This document shows, piece after piece, positions 14,440 to 27,110 of a stretch of DNA of 64,000 nucleotides (within the stretch, counting starts at the first letter, position 1; each line of letters starts with the position of its first letter). The notes below the pieces were generated by a model, which saw only the letters and a program-made list of their open reading frames with translations, was not told the origin of the DNA and ran no database searches. The DNA is from Octopus sinensis. Taxonomy: Eukaryota. Both the position numbers and the translations under genes were made by a program. The DNA lies in contig NC_043014.1 of the NCBI RefSeq assembly GCF_006345805.1, positions 27,714,001 through 27,778,000 on the forward strand, read 5' to 3'.

Positions 14440-14579
14440 CCCAAAGCATCAGATTCTTACCTCCAAACTTCACTGTTTTTGTCATGTAACATGTGTTGCT
14501 TCACTTATTAGAAAGCAAAACAACCCATGTTACATGACAAAAACAGTGAAATTTAGGGGTAAGGGTCTGATGCTTTGGG
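14440..14579. repeat. 54-bp inverted repeat (hairpin / tiny MITE)
   Basis: Arms 14440-14493 and 14526-14579 are complementary at 49 of 54 positions; all 5 differences are transitions. Confidence 0.9.
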
Positions 14580-14659
14580 GAATCATAAAAAGTGATGGTT
14601 CAAGAAAGTTGTTTAAAATTGACAATAAATTTTCCGGTTGATATCGGATAACTCAGCTA

Positions 14660-15470
14660 GTATATATGTGTGTGTGTTAGATAAAAAGAGAGGTTTTCGG
14701 GACATTTATAAGGAAAGAGATATAGATATAGTCTTGCAACTGTTTCTGGGACATTATTGATATCCCTTCATCAGAGATGATGTGAGATGGCTAAATAGAG
14801 GTAAATGTTTGAGTTTGAAATAAGGAATTATTGTGGAAAAGGAGGTGATAGGGAATATAGAGGGAAATAAGAGAATGAAAGTAGAAATAAAATATAAAAC
14901 ATTGTAGTTGCAGTTCCATTATTCGAGTAAAGTGGTTTATAGAAGTGGTAAAAAAGTTTCCTGCACATGGTATGTAAGTTCCAATAGTAGTTCATGTTTA
15001 TTCATTTCTAAGTAAGGAGCTGTGGATTCTGTGTTGCTCATTCAAAGGGGTTTTGTGGTGTGAATGAAAATTTGAGAATGAATTGATAGTATTTGTGGAT
15101 ACATGGGGTGGGGAGAGATGTGTATGAGCAGAATGAGGAGATAGGTCAAAATGAAGACAGGAAGAGAAAATGAGAGGAAGAAAGAAAGAAAAACAGAAAA
15201 AGGACAAAAAAATAAGAATAAAAAGAGAGAGAGACGAAAATGTTGAAAAGAGTGAAAAAAGGAAAGAAACAATAAAGAAAGGGTGAAAGAAGTGAAAAAA
15301 GGAGTGTTAGTTGGTGGTCAAGATAATGTGAGGAAAGGATAGGAGAGGAGGGGTGGATAGGAAGAGATGAGAAGGTAAGGAGTGAATAAGTGAGACGTGT
15401 GAGTAGGGGTGATATGATAGGGCTGTATAAAGGGATGGGTGGGGTGATACCAAAGTGAGTAGTAGTTTTA
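14660..15470 (-). mobile_element. Penelope-derived non-autonomous element with decayed minimal hammerhead
   Basis: Minus 14731-14778 reads tctCTGATGAagggatatcaataatgtcccaGAAAcagttgcaaga; followed by a long purine-rich (+) tract. Confidence 0.55.
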
Positions 15471-15947
15471 GTAGTAAAATTTAAAGTGGAGGGAAGAATA
15501 CAAGGATGTCAAATTTCTATAAATAGACTGATAGGTAGGAATCAGAGAGGAGGAAAGAAGGTATAATGACATGTACGCATGCACATACGTAAATATACAT
15601 GTGCACATATGCATACATACATATACACACACGTATATATACATAAACATGCATGCTCATGCACATCCATCAATGTAATCATATACATATACACACATAT
15701 GCACATACATATGTGCAGGCACACATGTACTTACACAGTCACATGCACATGTGCATACAGGTACTTATGTATACATATATCCAAATACACACACATATAT
15801 ATTTGCATATACATGCACACACACACATAAAAAAAAACAACTACGAACACTTTAATTTCACTTTGTCACAGTATATCTCATTTTACGGTGATCGTGAATT
15901 GTAAATCAGTTTCAATAAAATGGAAAGATAACTTTACTAAATCACTA

Positions 15948-16209
15948 ATAAATAAATAAATGCACCCTTTTAAAGCCAAGCCAGGCTCATGGGCCTGGTT
16001 TCCCGGTTTCTATGGTGTATGTGTTCCCCAGCTGGATGGGACGTCAGTCCATTGCAGCGTTACTCATTTTTGCCAGCTGAGTGGACTGGAGCAACGTGAA
16101 ATGAAGTGTTTTGCTCAAGAACACAACACGTCACCCAGTCCAGGAATCGAAACCACAATCTTATGATAATGGTGCTGACACCCTAACCTCTAAGCCACAT
16201 GCCTCCACA
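15948..16209 (-). mobile_element. tRNA-derived SINE with CORE-like central domain
   Basis: Minus strand: A-box tggcttagaggttagg, B-box ggtttcgattcc, core gtgttcttgagcaaaacactt, tail (ttta)n. Confidence 0.85.
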
Positions 16210-17364
16210 ATACAGAGAGGATAGTCAATGATAATAATTTCAAAACTTACAACAGAGCAAAATAGATATTCCAAAGTCATGGCAACATTTGAGCTGACTA
16301 ATTGAGAATTATGGGATTGTTGACATGTTTCGGTCAGAATTTTTATGGGTCAAAGAGTCAAACCCATTCAACCATTTTGTCTATTGTGTTAGCAACATCA
16401 ATTACAAAGAACTGATAGAAAGGGAAGGGAAACCAAAACATACATTTTTCTGAAAGCATGCCTTCCATAGTTATTTTGTCAAGATAAAAAAGAATCTTAC
16501 AGGCATTGAAATGATAGTTATTGAAAGATAGGAAGTGGTGGGGAAAAAAGATTTCATTTGTGCTTTTCTTTAAGCAGCCTAGTGGAAGCAAAATGGAAAC
16601 ACAGCGAAGTGTCAATCTGGACGGGTTTCTTTTGAAACAAAGTAACTATTTTAGCTCAGTTTCCAATGATTTGGACAACTTTTCAATGTGGTTATAAATA
16701 CATTATGTTCTTAAATTGATTTTTGTGTTATATAAATATCAATGGACATGCAGTGCATGACTAGCATGCCTCAACTGCACACCACTGATACATACACACT
16801 TACATACATACACTCATACGTACCTATACACATATATGTACGAGTAACCATATGCACATATCTACACATACATACACTTGCACCCCTACACCCATACATA
16901 TACACATACATGCTTCCATACTTACAATCACACATACATGTTCACATATACATACATGTATCCATATGTATGTATCTACACATACATATACTTACACTTG
17001 GGTCCCCACTTACATATATTTTATATATATATACACATATACACACCCATTGGTGTATCCATACATATACATAAGTTATAAGATTTAGAAGAGTTGTAAA
17101 CTAGAATGCTAGGCAAAGCTAGTGTAAATGGGAAATCTCTTTATACAAGGATTATACCAGGTAACACCACTGGATGAGGCAGCCCCTCATTAAAAGTTCC
17201 TGGCAGCTAGTTGCTCCTCTCTATTTTGAGCCATTTAGAGTAGGCTATTGATAACTGAAGAGAGCAACTATAAAGTAAAATTGGCTTAACAAATATCACA
17301 ATAAAAGAAATAATGACTTCATATCTATAATATCTTCATATCTAAATGCTTATATTGTAATGTT

Positions 17365-17740
17365 TTGGTTGATAATAAAGTTTTTAGTGGTAAGATTACA
17401 GGTAAGAAATTTATCATTAATAATAATTTACAACTAAGTTGTAAATCTAGAAATGTAATTTATTTGATTAGTTGTGATGAATGTGGTGTACAGTATGTAG
17501 GACAAACTACTCAGGAATTACATCAACATCTAAATGGTCATTTAAATTAGGTAGTAAACTTAAAATTTATGAACACTTTAGAGAGCATAGCTTAGGGTTT
17601 GAAAACTGTAAAATTCAAATAATTGGTCAAATAGTTAGAAACTTTTAGAAGAAGAACGGTATTGGACTAAGTTATTATTTAACATATATCCTCTAGGCCT
17701 TAATGATAACATTTTAGGTGCAGGGAACATATCTAGTAAT
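17365..17740 (+). mobile_element. Penelope-like GIY-YIG endonuclease remnant
   Basis: SCKSRNVIYLISCDECGVQYVGQTTQELHQHLNGH, followed by a decayed YPLGLN. Confidence 0.85.
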
Positions 17741-17744
17741 AATG

Positions 17745-20413
17745 ATACAGGTGGTATATATTTCTCACAAGCAGTGGTCAGAAGGAAATGTAGCCATGGG
17801 CACAGGAATAAAAAAAGAAATAAGGTCAGAAAGGATGTTTCTTTGGTTTGGGCTAAACTTAATGATTTATATCTCGACCATCATCTTTTTTCTTAGAGAA
17901 ATTTATGTGGACACATCCAGGCAATTCCAGCAAAAGTTTAAAAACATTCTGAATCAAATTCACCAATAGTTAATTTGAAAAATTCTTGAAATAACATGAA
18001 AAATTTAAGAAATATTAGGTTTTCTTAATAAAGCACACAACTTCTATAAGAGAAACACATTTTTATTTGCAACAATAATTTCTATAGGATCAAAAACATA
18101 ATGTGAACACTAAATATAGAACATTATTTTTGCATAAGAGAGGATTTAGGGGCTGTTGGGTATGTTTTATGGTTTTTGGTAAAACAAATTGTTTCTCAGT
18201 TTCATATTTTTGTGTGAATGATATTGTAATCCTAAATGAGTTTGGCATCTCTTTCTGCAACATCATTCACAACAACTGTCTTCACAGGTTCTTCAAGTCC
18301 ATTTTTGTAATCAGGATCATCCTTCCATGTTGATAGAAAATCTCATGAAGAAAGTTTTTGCACCAAGAGTTGCAAAAGACAAAGACTCAATGTTTGTAAA
18401 GGATGTACCTCTTCAGTTGATATTTTTCTTCTTTCTCTTCTTCAACTTTGTCTGCTTCCAGCATAACTTGAGCAATATTTGCCTTAACCTCTGTTTGAAC
18501 ATTGTCATCAAATATGGATAGAGCCACAGCTTTGGGAGCTAAGTACCAGAGATGGTTGGAAAATTTTTTTGCACCAACCTCACTGATTTCTGGATCAATA
18601 TCCTGTTAATTTATCTGTTGACACATGAATAGGAAATCATGATAAGGTGCTTTAATTGTTTCTGATAACAGAAACCAGGCTCGAATGTACACTCGAGCAA
18701 GAAAAATACATATTCTTCTTAAAGAGTTCTTCTCCCCAGGAGATAACTGAAATTGATCTTGAAACAGGTATATCTTGAATGCATAAATTGCTTTTGACAT
18801 CCACCTACAGCTCCAGGTGTATGAAACGATATCCCATTCTTCGGAATGTCACCAAGAAAAATCATCATTAACTCCAACAATTTTCAGTAATCATCTTGCT
18901 GTTGTTTCTGCATAGAAAGGTGGTATTCAAGAAATCCAAGAATGGTAGAACAGACATCATCAGGCACTTCATTACTACCAGTTATGTAAACCTTCTTGTT
19001 GAGTTTCATCCAGGTTTCTCAAAACCTTTTAAAAAATGCCATGCCTGGATCAGAAGTTGCACCTGTCAGTAAGTCAAAACAGCTCCTAAAACCTAACTCA
19101 AAAATGTAATGACAGCAAGGGAAGTACAACTGTTTGTAATTGAACAATTTTTCTAGATTTGTACAGGCACCATTTACTCGACCTGTGTTGCTTGCTGTCG
19201 TATCATAGCAAAGTGCCTGAATTTTGTCATTTATACCCCACTTCTCCACTGCTTAGTAAACAACCATGGCTTGTTGTTCTCCTGAAGATGTTGGAATTTC
19301 AAGGACTCTCAACAATTCCATCATTTTCACAAAAAGTTCTCTTTTCTCCTTTTCCTTGCCTGCAGTTCTAGTAAATTTTTTCTGTAAGCCTTTCCGTTCA
19401 TCATGGAGTTTGAGTATATTATTGTAGTGGTCAGTTCTTCTGATAGGAATTTGTGCTTTTTGCTTAAAAATGTAAACTTCTTGATTTACTAATGCTGCAC
19501 TTTCCTTCATTGTAAGATTTACAACTTATACATTGTAGAAAAATACTTTTAAAACTTGTCAATTCGAGTGTAGTTTGGCTCCTACAATTTGATTGGAAAT
19601 GGAACCAACAAGAGCCACATGAAAATCTTTTATTAACTTGTGTGATGAACTACCTGAAGAAGATGATGTCATTTCACAGGTCTAGGAAGAACACATCACA
19701 GAAGCAACTTCGCACCTGTACAAACAGTTCTGAAAAAAGAAAGAAAGAATTAGTCATCAAAGGTATCATATTTGATCACAAAATATGTATACGAAGCACA
19801 TAACATTATAAAAACGTAGAAGTTATAAACATGGTATTACAACTTTGTCAGGGCTACAAACACAACAGGGGAAGATCTATGTCATGATACCCCACAACAA
19901 AATGAACGAGTGCTTACAAGTTATTACAAATAAATTAACTTATATTTACAAACGTGGACAAGTCATATTAGTTCACTGTTTATCACTAACACATATTTCT
20001 TAATATTTTATTTCTCTACACTACCATTAGGTGCAGTACAATTCTTTCAAAAGACGAACGCAACTCACAACCTCACTTGCTCACAGTTGGCTGCTGACTG
20101 GATGATGGCGAGAAATATGTGCTTGCCCTATACTTGTGCTCTGTCCCCAGCTTTGCAAGTTGCCTTTCCCATTATATTTATTGTCACTTATCCTAATATG
20201 AAGGATAAATCTGAACAAGTTTTTAATTTAACAGAAAATTATATAAGAGATAAAACATTTTTATCTAAAAAAATTACTTTCTGAGCAGAAACTTCAAAAT
20301 TTCAGTCTTTGCAGCTAAAATTTTGCATAGATTGTTTTTTTTTTTTGTTAATTGGAATAAGATATGGAAGTGGGAGCTAAACTTTTAGAAAGTTGGAAAT
20401 AAAGGCCACCCTA
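17745..20413 (-). mobile_element. hAT-related DNA transposon (hATm-like), decayed transposase
   Basis: Terminus TAGGGTGG at 20413 (minus); peptides LCYDTTASNTGRVNGAC, MSKAIYAFKIYLFQDQF, FLARVYIRAWF, VVNDVAER. Left end uncertain. Confidence 0.75.
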
Positions 20414-20519
20414 ATACAATATATATAAAAAGCTTACATTAATTACTAATTTCAAAAGTAACGAAGGAGGCGATTGTTAACTACTACTTTTGTCAATATT
20501 TGTAAGGGTGATGTGTTGG

Positions 20520-20715
20520 CATGCTCAATTCAGACGTTAGGATTACCTGCATGAACCCATACGACAGACCAACAACATCAGCAATGTTGTTCACTGTCCG
20601 CTGGTGATCCTCATGCACAAACTGATGTATTTTCCCCACATTTCCAGAGGTGATGCTCATGGCAGATCTTCCAGATCACTCATCTTCTTCCAGAAATGTT
20701 CTTCCACTTTTGAAG
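20520..20715 (-). mobile_element. mariner HTH2 fragment between ~65-bp direct repeats
   Basis: FKSGRTFLEEDE*SGRS...IHQFVHEDHQRTVNNIADVVGLSYG; direct repeats at ~20461-20525 and ~20752-20815. Confidence 0.75.
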
Positions 20716-22148
20716 TGGGATTGCTGAGAAGAGAGAAAGAGAGACAAAAAGAAATGAAGGAGGCAATTGTTAACTACTACTTCTGTTAATATTTGTAAGG
20801 GTGATGTGTTGGCAGAGTTTTCTTGGAACATGTTTCCTTCACAGGATAATGGAAAGAAAAACTCATTAAAACCAGTTGCTTCGTTGGGTTGGAGCTTTAC
20901 TGAAATAAAACAATCATCTACACACTTTCTTATTCAAATAGTATTCAATCACATTTATACTCTCTCCACTTATATAGTCATTCATACATACATCAAACCA
21001 ATGAAAGAGCCTCTATGTGATTCCTTGACCTTCTAGAAATAGCAGTTAAAGCACATCCTATTCTATACAAAAACAGGAAACATCAGCTAATGTAATTCTA
21101 TATAGCCCCCAAAAATGGGATGACCTACCTTTCACCATTCATCTGATAAACTAGGGGTGACCTGTAGATTAAATAATAGCAACAACATAGCTCTGAATTT
21201 ATCTGCAAATCTACTTTCATTCTAGACTAATTCCATCTTATAAAGGCCAGTCTGTCATGTAATGTAATTTAGTATATATTTCAAGAAGAGTAAAGTATGT
21301 ACAATGAGTAGAAGGTACTTCACCACATAATAAAGAAAGACCCGACTATTATTATAGAGTTTGAATTTTATATATTTCAGGAGAGAGTGCTTTATGCAGT
21401 AAGCAGGGGCACTTCACCACACAATAAAGGTTACTCTGTTAGTATATAGTAAAAATTGTTATATATTTCAGAAGACTGGGAAGGTATTGTGGAAGTCAAG
21501 TGTTTGGTAAGTGGAGAAAAGGTAACTATTGAAGAATGGCTCAACTATTTTTATACAATATAATTTAATAGTTCAGAAATGAGTATGTGTTATGTCAAAC
21601 GTAGATGTTATAAGTGAAGAGACCTTAACTACACAAGCAGTACACTTGTGTGCATTACACAAGCAGAAAGACTGCCCTCCAGGCAGTTTTCTGCTAGTTG
21701 CCAAATGATATTTACTCATTTTATTTTCAATTTGTGTAATTTTGCCTTTTGTACCCATGAATTTAGGGCATAATTTCAGAAGTATACCTCCTTGATTTTA
21801 TTTCCTCACAACTTTCTGAAAAATGGGTATTTTTTAAGGAAATTTTCTACAAAGAACTTTCAGTTGATGTAGATCATGTTAATATCAGAATTCAATGCAG
21901 AAAAAATGGGGAGGGCAGGGCAGATATTTCATGCATCTAGACTTTGTTTCCTCATATGTTTTGGTGATGTAAAATACAATTATGTTGAAAAAAAATTACT
22001 GTTGAAACCTGTGTGATTCTTGCTATTTCTAGCATATGAAATGACCATGTAGAAAATGGGCTACCTTTAAGTTAGTTTAAAAGAGAGAGATTAAGACTTC
22101 AGTAAAATAATGATAAAAATAGGCTTTTAGTAATTAATGTTAGCAATA

Positions 22149-22335
22149 AGGTGGCGAGTTGGCAAAATCATTAGCATATCAGGTGAAATGCTTAGCAGCA
22201 TTTCATCTGTCTTAATGTTCTAAGTTCAAATTCTGCTGGGGCTGACTTTGCCTTTCATCCTCTTTGGGGGTCGAAAAATAAGTAGCAGTTGAACACTGAG
22301 GTTGATATAATTGGCTTAGCCCCTCCCCCAAAGCT
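22149..22335 (+). mobile_element. tRNA-derived SINE (12367 family), decayed
   Basis: ggtggcgagttggcaaaatcattagc...gttcaaattctgctggggctgactttgcctttcatcc. Confidence 0.85.
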
Positions 22336-22546
22336 CTGCGATGTGTAATCACAGGGATGTGAGTTTGGGTCTCATGGCTGGCTACCAACACATTTTTCTG
22401 CAAAATATGGGTAGTTTATCCTGTTCATGCTATATTATTAGCATTATCCTGCACTTGAGAATAAAATTATTTCCTTATCTTTCAATACATCTCAACGCTT
22501 CTAAAGCAAACTTTGTTCACTTTCATTGTAATTTGAATTCAATTGG

Positions 22547-22765
22547 TTAAATATTCAACTAACTAATCGATTGTTTGTTTAACTTGGTTAACCAGAAGTT
22601 TTTTTGTTTTTTTTCCCTGTCAATTTCAGTGGTAATTCTATGGCATACATTTCATCTGCATCCAGCTGAACTGAAATAAAAATTTTAAAAAAAGCAAAAA
22701 CAAAACAAACAACTTGCTGTTTAACCAAGTTAAATTAACAATTGATTAGTTAGTTGGATATTTAA
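22547..22765. mobile_element. MITE with ~45-bp TIRs
   Basis: Arms 22547-22591 and 22721-22765 match at about 41 of 45 positions as reverse complements. Confidence 0.8.
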
Positions 22766-24059
22766 TCTAGTAACTAATAATAAAGAAGTGGAATTGAACC
22801 AGTGTGTGTGTTAATATTGGCATAATGACTCTCCCTAGACACAACAAAATTAGTTTCAAAACAGGAATTCGCAAGAAGAATCTTGCAAACCAGATACAAA
22901 AACGAAACTGTGTGGAAATATAAACTGAGTAAAAGCAAAGAGAAATAGACTCAAAAACAAAACAAGAACTGACAACAGCCATGGAGACTTCATTTTATCT
23001 AACAACAGGCATACTAAGTCAGACTGTTTGCACATACTTTGGTTATTTTTGTGTCAGGGGCAGGTAAGTAGGCCTGCAGTCAAAGTAAATCAACCATTAA
23101 CAGAAAAGAGTTCAAGCAATAAACAGCAAATTGAGGATTACAGATTAAGGATTTCATTTCCATTAAATTACTTTTCTTCAATATTATGTTTCACTTTCAA
23201 GGGGACTTAGAAACAAAGAAACACCATAAATGCTTCATAGAAAAAATAGATTTAAAAGGAATTGTGTATTTCCTGGATCTCTTTAAACTTCAATCAAGTA
23301 ATATTTGAGCTTACAACTCTACTTACACTTTTGTTAATAAAAATTATGTCTGCAGATATAACGGCTCAAATCATTTTGTGAGAGAAGAAGGTATTTTGGA
23401 TTGTAATTAAGATGTGTTGTTAGTGATGTCTTTGTGCCTCTTTTTATGCTTTGACATATTTTTCTGATTTCCTTTTATTCAATCCACCTATTTACAACCA
23501 GGAACTTACTGTAGATGATATCTGCTGAAATAACCACTAATGGTTCAATTGAGATAGCTGAAAATTGGTGACCATTGACAAATTGAAAAGTAAAGTTAAA
23601 GAATAGCACTAGAAACAGTGACAGGTATCATCAATGTAATTTTTTTTTGCATACATAACACAAAAAATAACAATAAGAACACATTGAAGGGCCAGTGTCT
23701 CAGGAGAATGATTGACATATAAGAACATAGGATTTTGGAGAAATATTTGTCCACTTTTTAGTATAGTAAGTTCAAGAGTTTGACAAACTTGAATGATGAT
23801 GACAACAAATGTAGTAAAAGAAAGAAAATATGTATTTTTCTGTGGCGTGATGTAATGAGAAAGAGATACTTTTATTATTAAAACAAAATTAAAGATTACT
23901 TTTAAATGTGACCAGTTTACCAAAAGATTTTTATGCTAAACAGATTAAGAAAGTTTAGGGAGAAGCAATATCTTTCTCTCTCTGTTAATCACAGGAGGGT
24001 CCCCTTGATATTGAGGGGCCTGAGGCAATTGCCCCCTTTTGTTCCCTTATAAATCTGGT

Positions 24060-24840
24060 TATAGCTGGGGCCATCAAACGGAATTTCTACCTATTCCTTT
24101 CCTACATATTAAGTGTAGCCCTTTCCCTGATGGAAGCCTTTCATCTTACTTACCAGGACTTAACATTTTGCTAAGTTTACATTGAGGCCTTTCAGTTCTA
24201 GATTTTAATTTCATGACAAGTATTTCTTCTTTGGATCTTTTACAGATGCATCCATAAGAACTAGATCATCAGCTTACTGGAATTTTCATGTAAAGTGGTT
24301 TCAAATTCCTCTGTAATGGTCTAGAGGACTATAATAAATAGGAAAAAATTGATAATTGAGCTTTGATTGACCTTCTCTTCTCAATAGATTTGTTGGTGAA
24401 CTCATTACTGACTCTCAGCATGTTTATTGCACCTTTTATAAGAGCTTGATGGCTCCTACAAGCCATTCATCTACTCCTAATTCACCTAGCAGCCACCAAA
24501 CTGGAGGTTGTGGAGCCTTCACAAATGTCTTCTCCAGGCTGATGAATATTAGGTATAGTGGCTTACTCTTAGCCAAATATTTCTGTAGTTGTTCCATTAA
24601 GAGAGCAGTAATAGTACCTCTTCTTGGCACAAAGCTGAACTGCATGTCATTTAGTCTAATTCTGTTCCAAATCAGTTTTGTTAGAACACTTTCAATAAAT
24701 TTCATGACCTTTGTAATTGATTCTCTCTCATGCATTTCCTTTGCTCTTCTAGTAGAATTAATGATACTGCTACACCAGTCATTGGGTATGATATTTTGCT
24801 GTATTATCTGATTTACTATGTGAGTAGCTAGTACAATGAT
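24060..24840 (-). mobile_element. RTE LINE RT fragment
   Basis: RIRLNDMQFSFVPRRGT...KYLAKSKPLYLIFISLEKTF...VWWLLGELGVDEWLV, with a downstream decayed YADD-like region. Confidence 0.85.
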
Positions 24841-25061
24841 CCTACTCAGACATAGCCCTAGAGTTTATACACGTAGATTAGCCATCAGTCAATACCAGGA
24901 ACCAATATGTGGCCACTGTCCTATAATGCAGCATCTGTGAAGCATGATTCAGAAGCGGGAGCCACATAGAAACCTGAAAGCTAAAGGGAAATGATTGCCT
25001 CTCACTCTCATTCTGAGAGAAAAAAGACAACAAGAAAAAAACAACAATGTGAGCACGTGGT

Positions 25062-25630
25062 ATAATAATAATGAAATTAATTGTATACAGTGCTCAGGTG
25101 CACCACAACTTGTCAGAAATTGCATATAAAGTACATGCAGTAATGTAGAAATGTCTGGAAAGCGAACAATGTATGAGTCAGATACATGCTTGTGTATGTA
25201 TGGAGGGGAGAAAATCAAGTGTAGTGTTGGCGAATCTCAGAAAGCATGGAAGTTTTGAAGGATGCAGTGCTCCAACAACTAACAACTGATGCTGGCAGTT
25301 TGTTCCATGCTTCAGCAACTCTCAGCGTGAAAAAATGTTTCCTGAAGTCATGGGAGCTGTGCTGTTTTCTTACTTTGTAAATATGTCCACGGGTGTTAGA
25401 TGGGTGGAGTTTGAAAAGGTGCTCAGAGTTATTGTTTGTACGATGGTTGATAATTTTATGGGTGTCTGCCAAGTCAGCTGCCAGACGTCGGAGTTTCAAT
25501 GTGTCCATGCCCAGGGAAGTAAGGTGTTCAGGATATGGCAAATGCCTGATGGAGGGTATTCTTTTGGTTGCACGTCGCTGAACAGCTTCCAGATGATTGA
25601 TATCCTGGGCAAGATAGGGGTTCATGCAAA
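25062..25630 (-). mobile_element. CR1/L2-clade LINE 3' end with (TTA)n tail
   Basis: ORF 25215-25625: PYLAQDINHLEAVQRRATK...LRRLAADL...TRGH...RKHFFTLRVAEAWNKLP. Second copy at 59612-59964. Confidence 0.9.
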
Positions 25631-25635
25631 GTATT

Positions 25636-26070
25636 AATAAGACACTCAGGGAAGGAAAGAAAGGGTGTTTTACATTTTGAGCAAAGCTCTTCCGCAGAAA
25701 CAGGTGACAGAGGAAAGTCTAAAAGAAAAGGAAGATGTAGGAAAAAAATCACCAACAATCCACATGTAGTTACATTTTGGAATGACCAGAAGATGGACAA
25801 AGAAAAGGTGCTTTCTAAGAAATAAGAGTGTAAAGAAAGGTTGGTATCTGTGTGTATGGTAGCATGTGTGTGTGGCAGTAACTGAGTGCATCTATGTGTA
25901 TGCATGTGGTAGTAACTCTGTGTGTGTGTACGTGGTATTTACTATTTATATGTGTATATGTGAGTGATCTTTGTTAATGTCGTAGGAAGACGTCAGCAGC
26001 TATGGTAACAGTTGTGGTGGTTTTTGTGTAGTTATGGTCAGTGGCAGGGTGTTTGAAAGGCAGTATACAT
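25636..26070 (-). mobile_element. Penelope-derived element with decayed hammerhead
   Basis: Minus 25665-25700 reads ctgcggaaGAGCtttGCTCaaaatgtaaaacacc; same family as 30290-30760. Confidence 0.55.
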
Positions 26071-26599
26071 GTATGCAGAGGTGGGCACCATTAATCGAAA
26101 AGTTAATTTCATTAATCGTTAACCAGTCAACCAAAAAGTTAATTTCGTTAATTCTTTGAAAAAGTAACAGAGGTTAAAGTTAATGTGTCAGCACTAACTT
26201 TTATTGAAAAAAGGCGTATGTACAGTTTACTACACCACAACTTTGTTGCCTCATAACTTCCAGAAAAATGGATACATTTTAACAAAATTTTCACCAAATA
26301 ATTGCTTAAATCCTGGGATCTTTTCATTTGTGAAGCCAGTTTTTTCAAATTTTTCCTACTGAACCAAACAATTTGAAACTTCGTATACTGGTAGAATGTG
26401 TCAAAAGTAAACTTAATTGTAAACCAGAATGAAAACGGAATTGTAACTTCTAAGTTTAACATTGTTTAATAATTAGAATTTTAACCAATGGTATTCTGTC
26501 TTTCGGCTTCATATTATTTACTCCGTCTTGACCACCAATTTGGTGACTTAGTAAACACATGGTATGTAAACAAATGTAAACAAAACAATAACGATGAAT

Positions 26600-27110
26600 T
26601 TTTTTACTCGGTGTATGTGTATATGTATGAATGTATGTATGTATGAATGTATGTATGTATGTATCTATGTATGTGTGTGTGTGTGTGTATGTATGTGTGT
26701 GTATGTATGTATGTATGTATGTATGGCCGATTCGGTGTTTAGTTTTTTCAAGTGAATACTCGGTGTATGTGTATCTGTATGTATGTGTGTGCATGTGTGT
26801 GTGTGTGTATGTATCTATGTATGTGTGTGTATGTGTGTGTATGTATGTGTGTGTGTGTATGTATGTATGTATGGCCGATTCAGTGTTTAGTTTTTTCGGG
26901 TGAATACTCGGTGTATGTGTATCTGTATGTATGTGTGTGTGTGTGTATGTATCTATGTATGTATGTGTGTGTGTGTGTGTGTGTGTGTATCTATGTGTGT
27001 GTGTGTCACACATGTATGTATGGCTGATTCAGTGTTTAGTTTTTTCGAGTGAATACTCGGTGTATGTGTATCTGTATGTATGTGTGTGTGTGTGTATGTA
27101 TCTATGTATG
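26600..27110. repeat. Minisatellite, ~148-152-bp period, conserved core plus GT/GTAT microsatellite
   Basis: Core atggccgattcggtgtttagttttttc..gtgaatactcggtgtatg at 26723, 26871 and 27020; partial core at 26605. Confidence 0.9.

Noticed and set aside
26600-27110. Repeat-spacer array superficially like CRISPR
   Set aside because: Eukaryotic context, spacers are microsatellites related to each other, no cas genes or leader.
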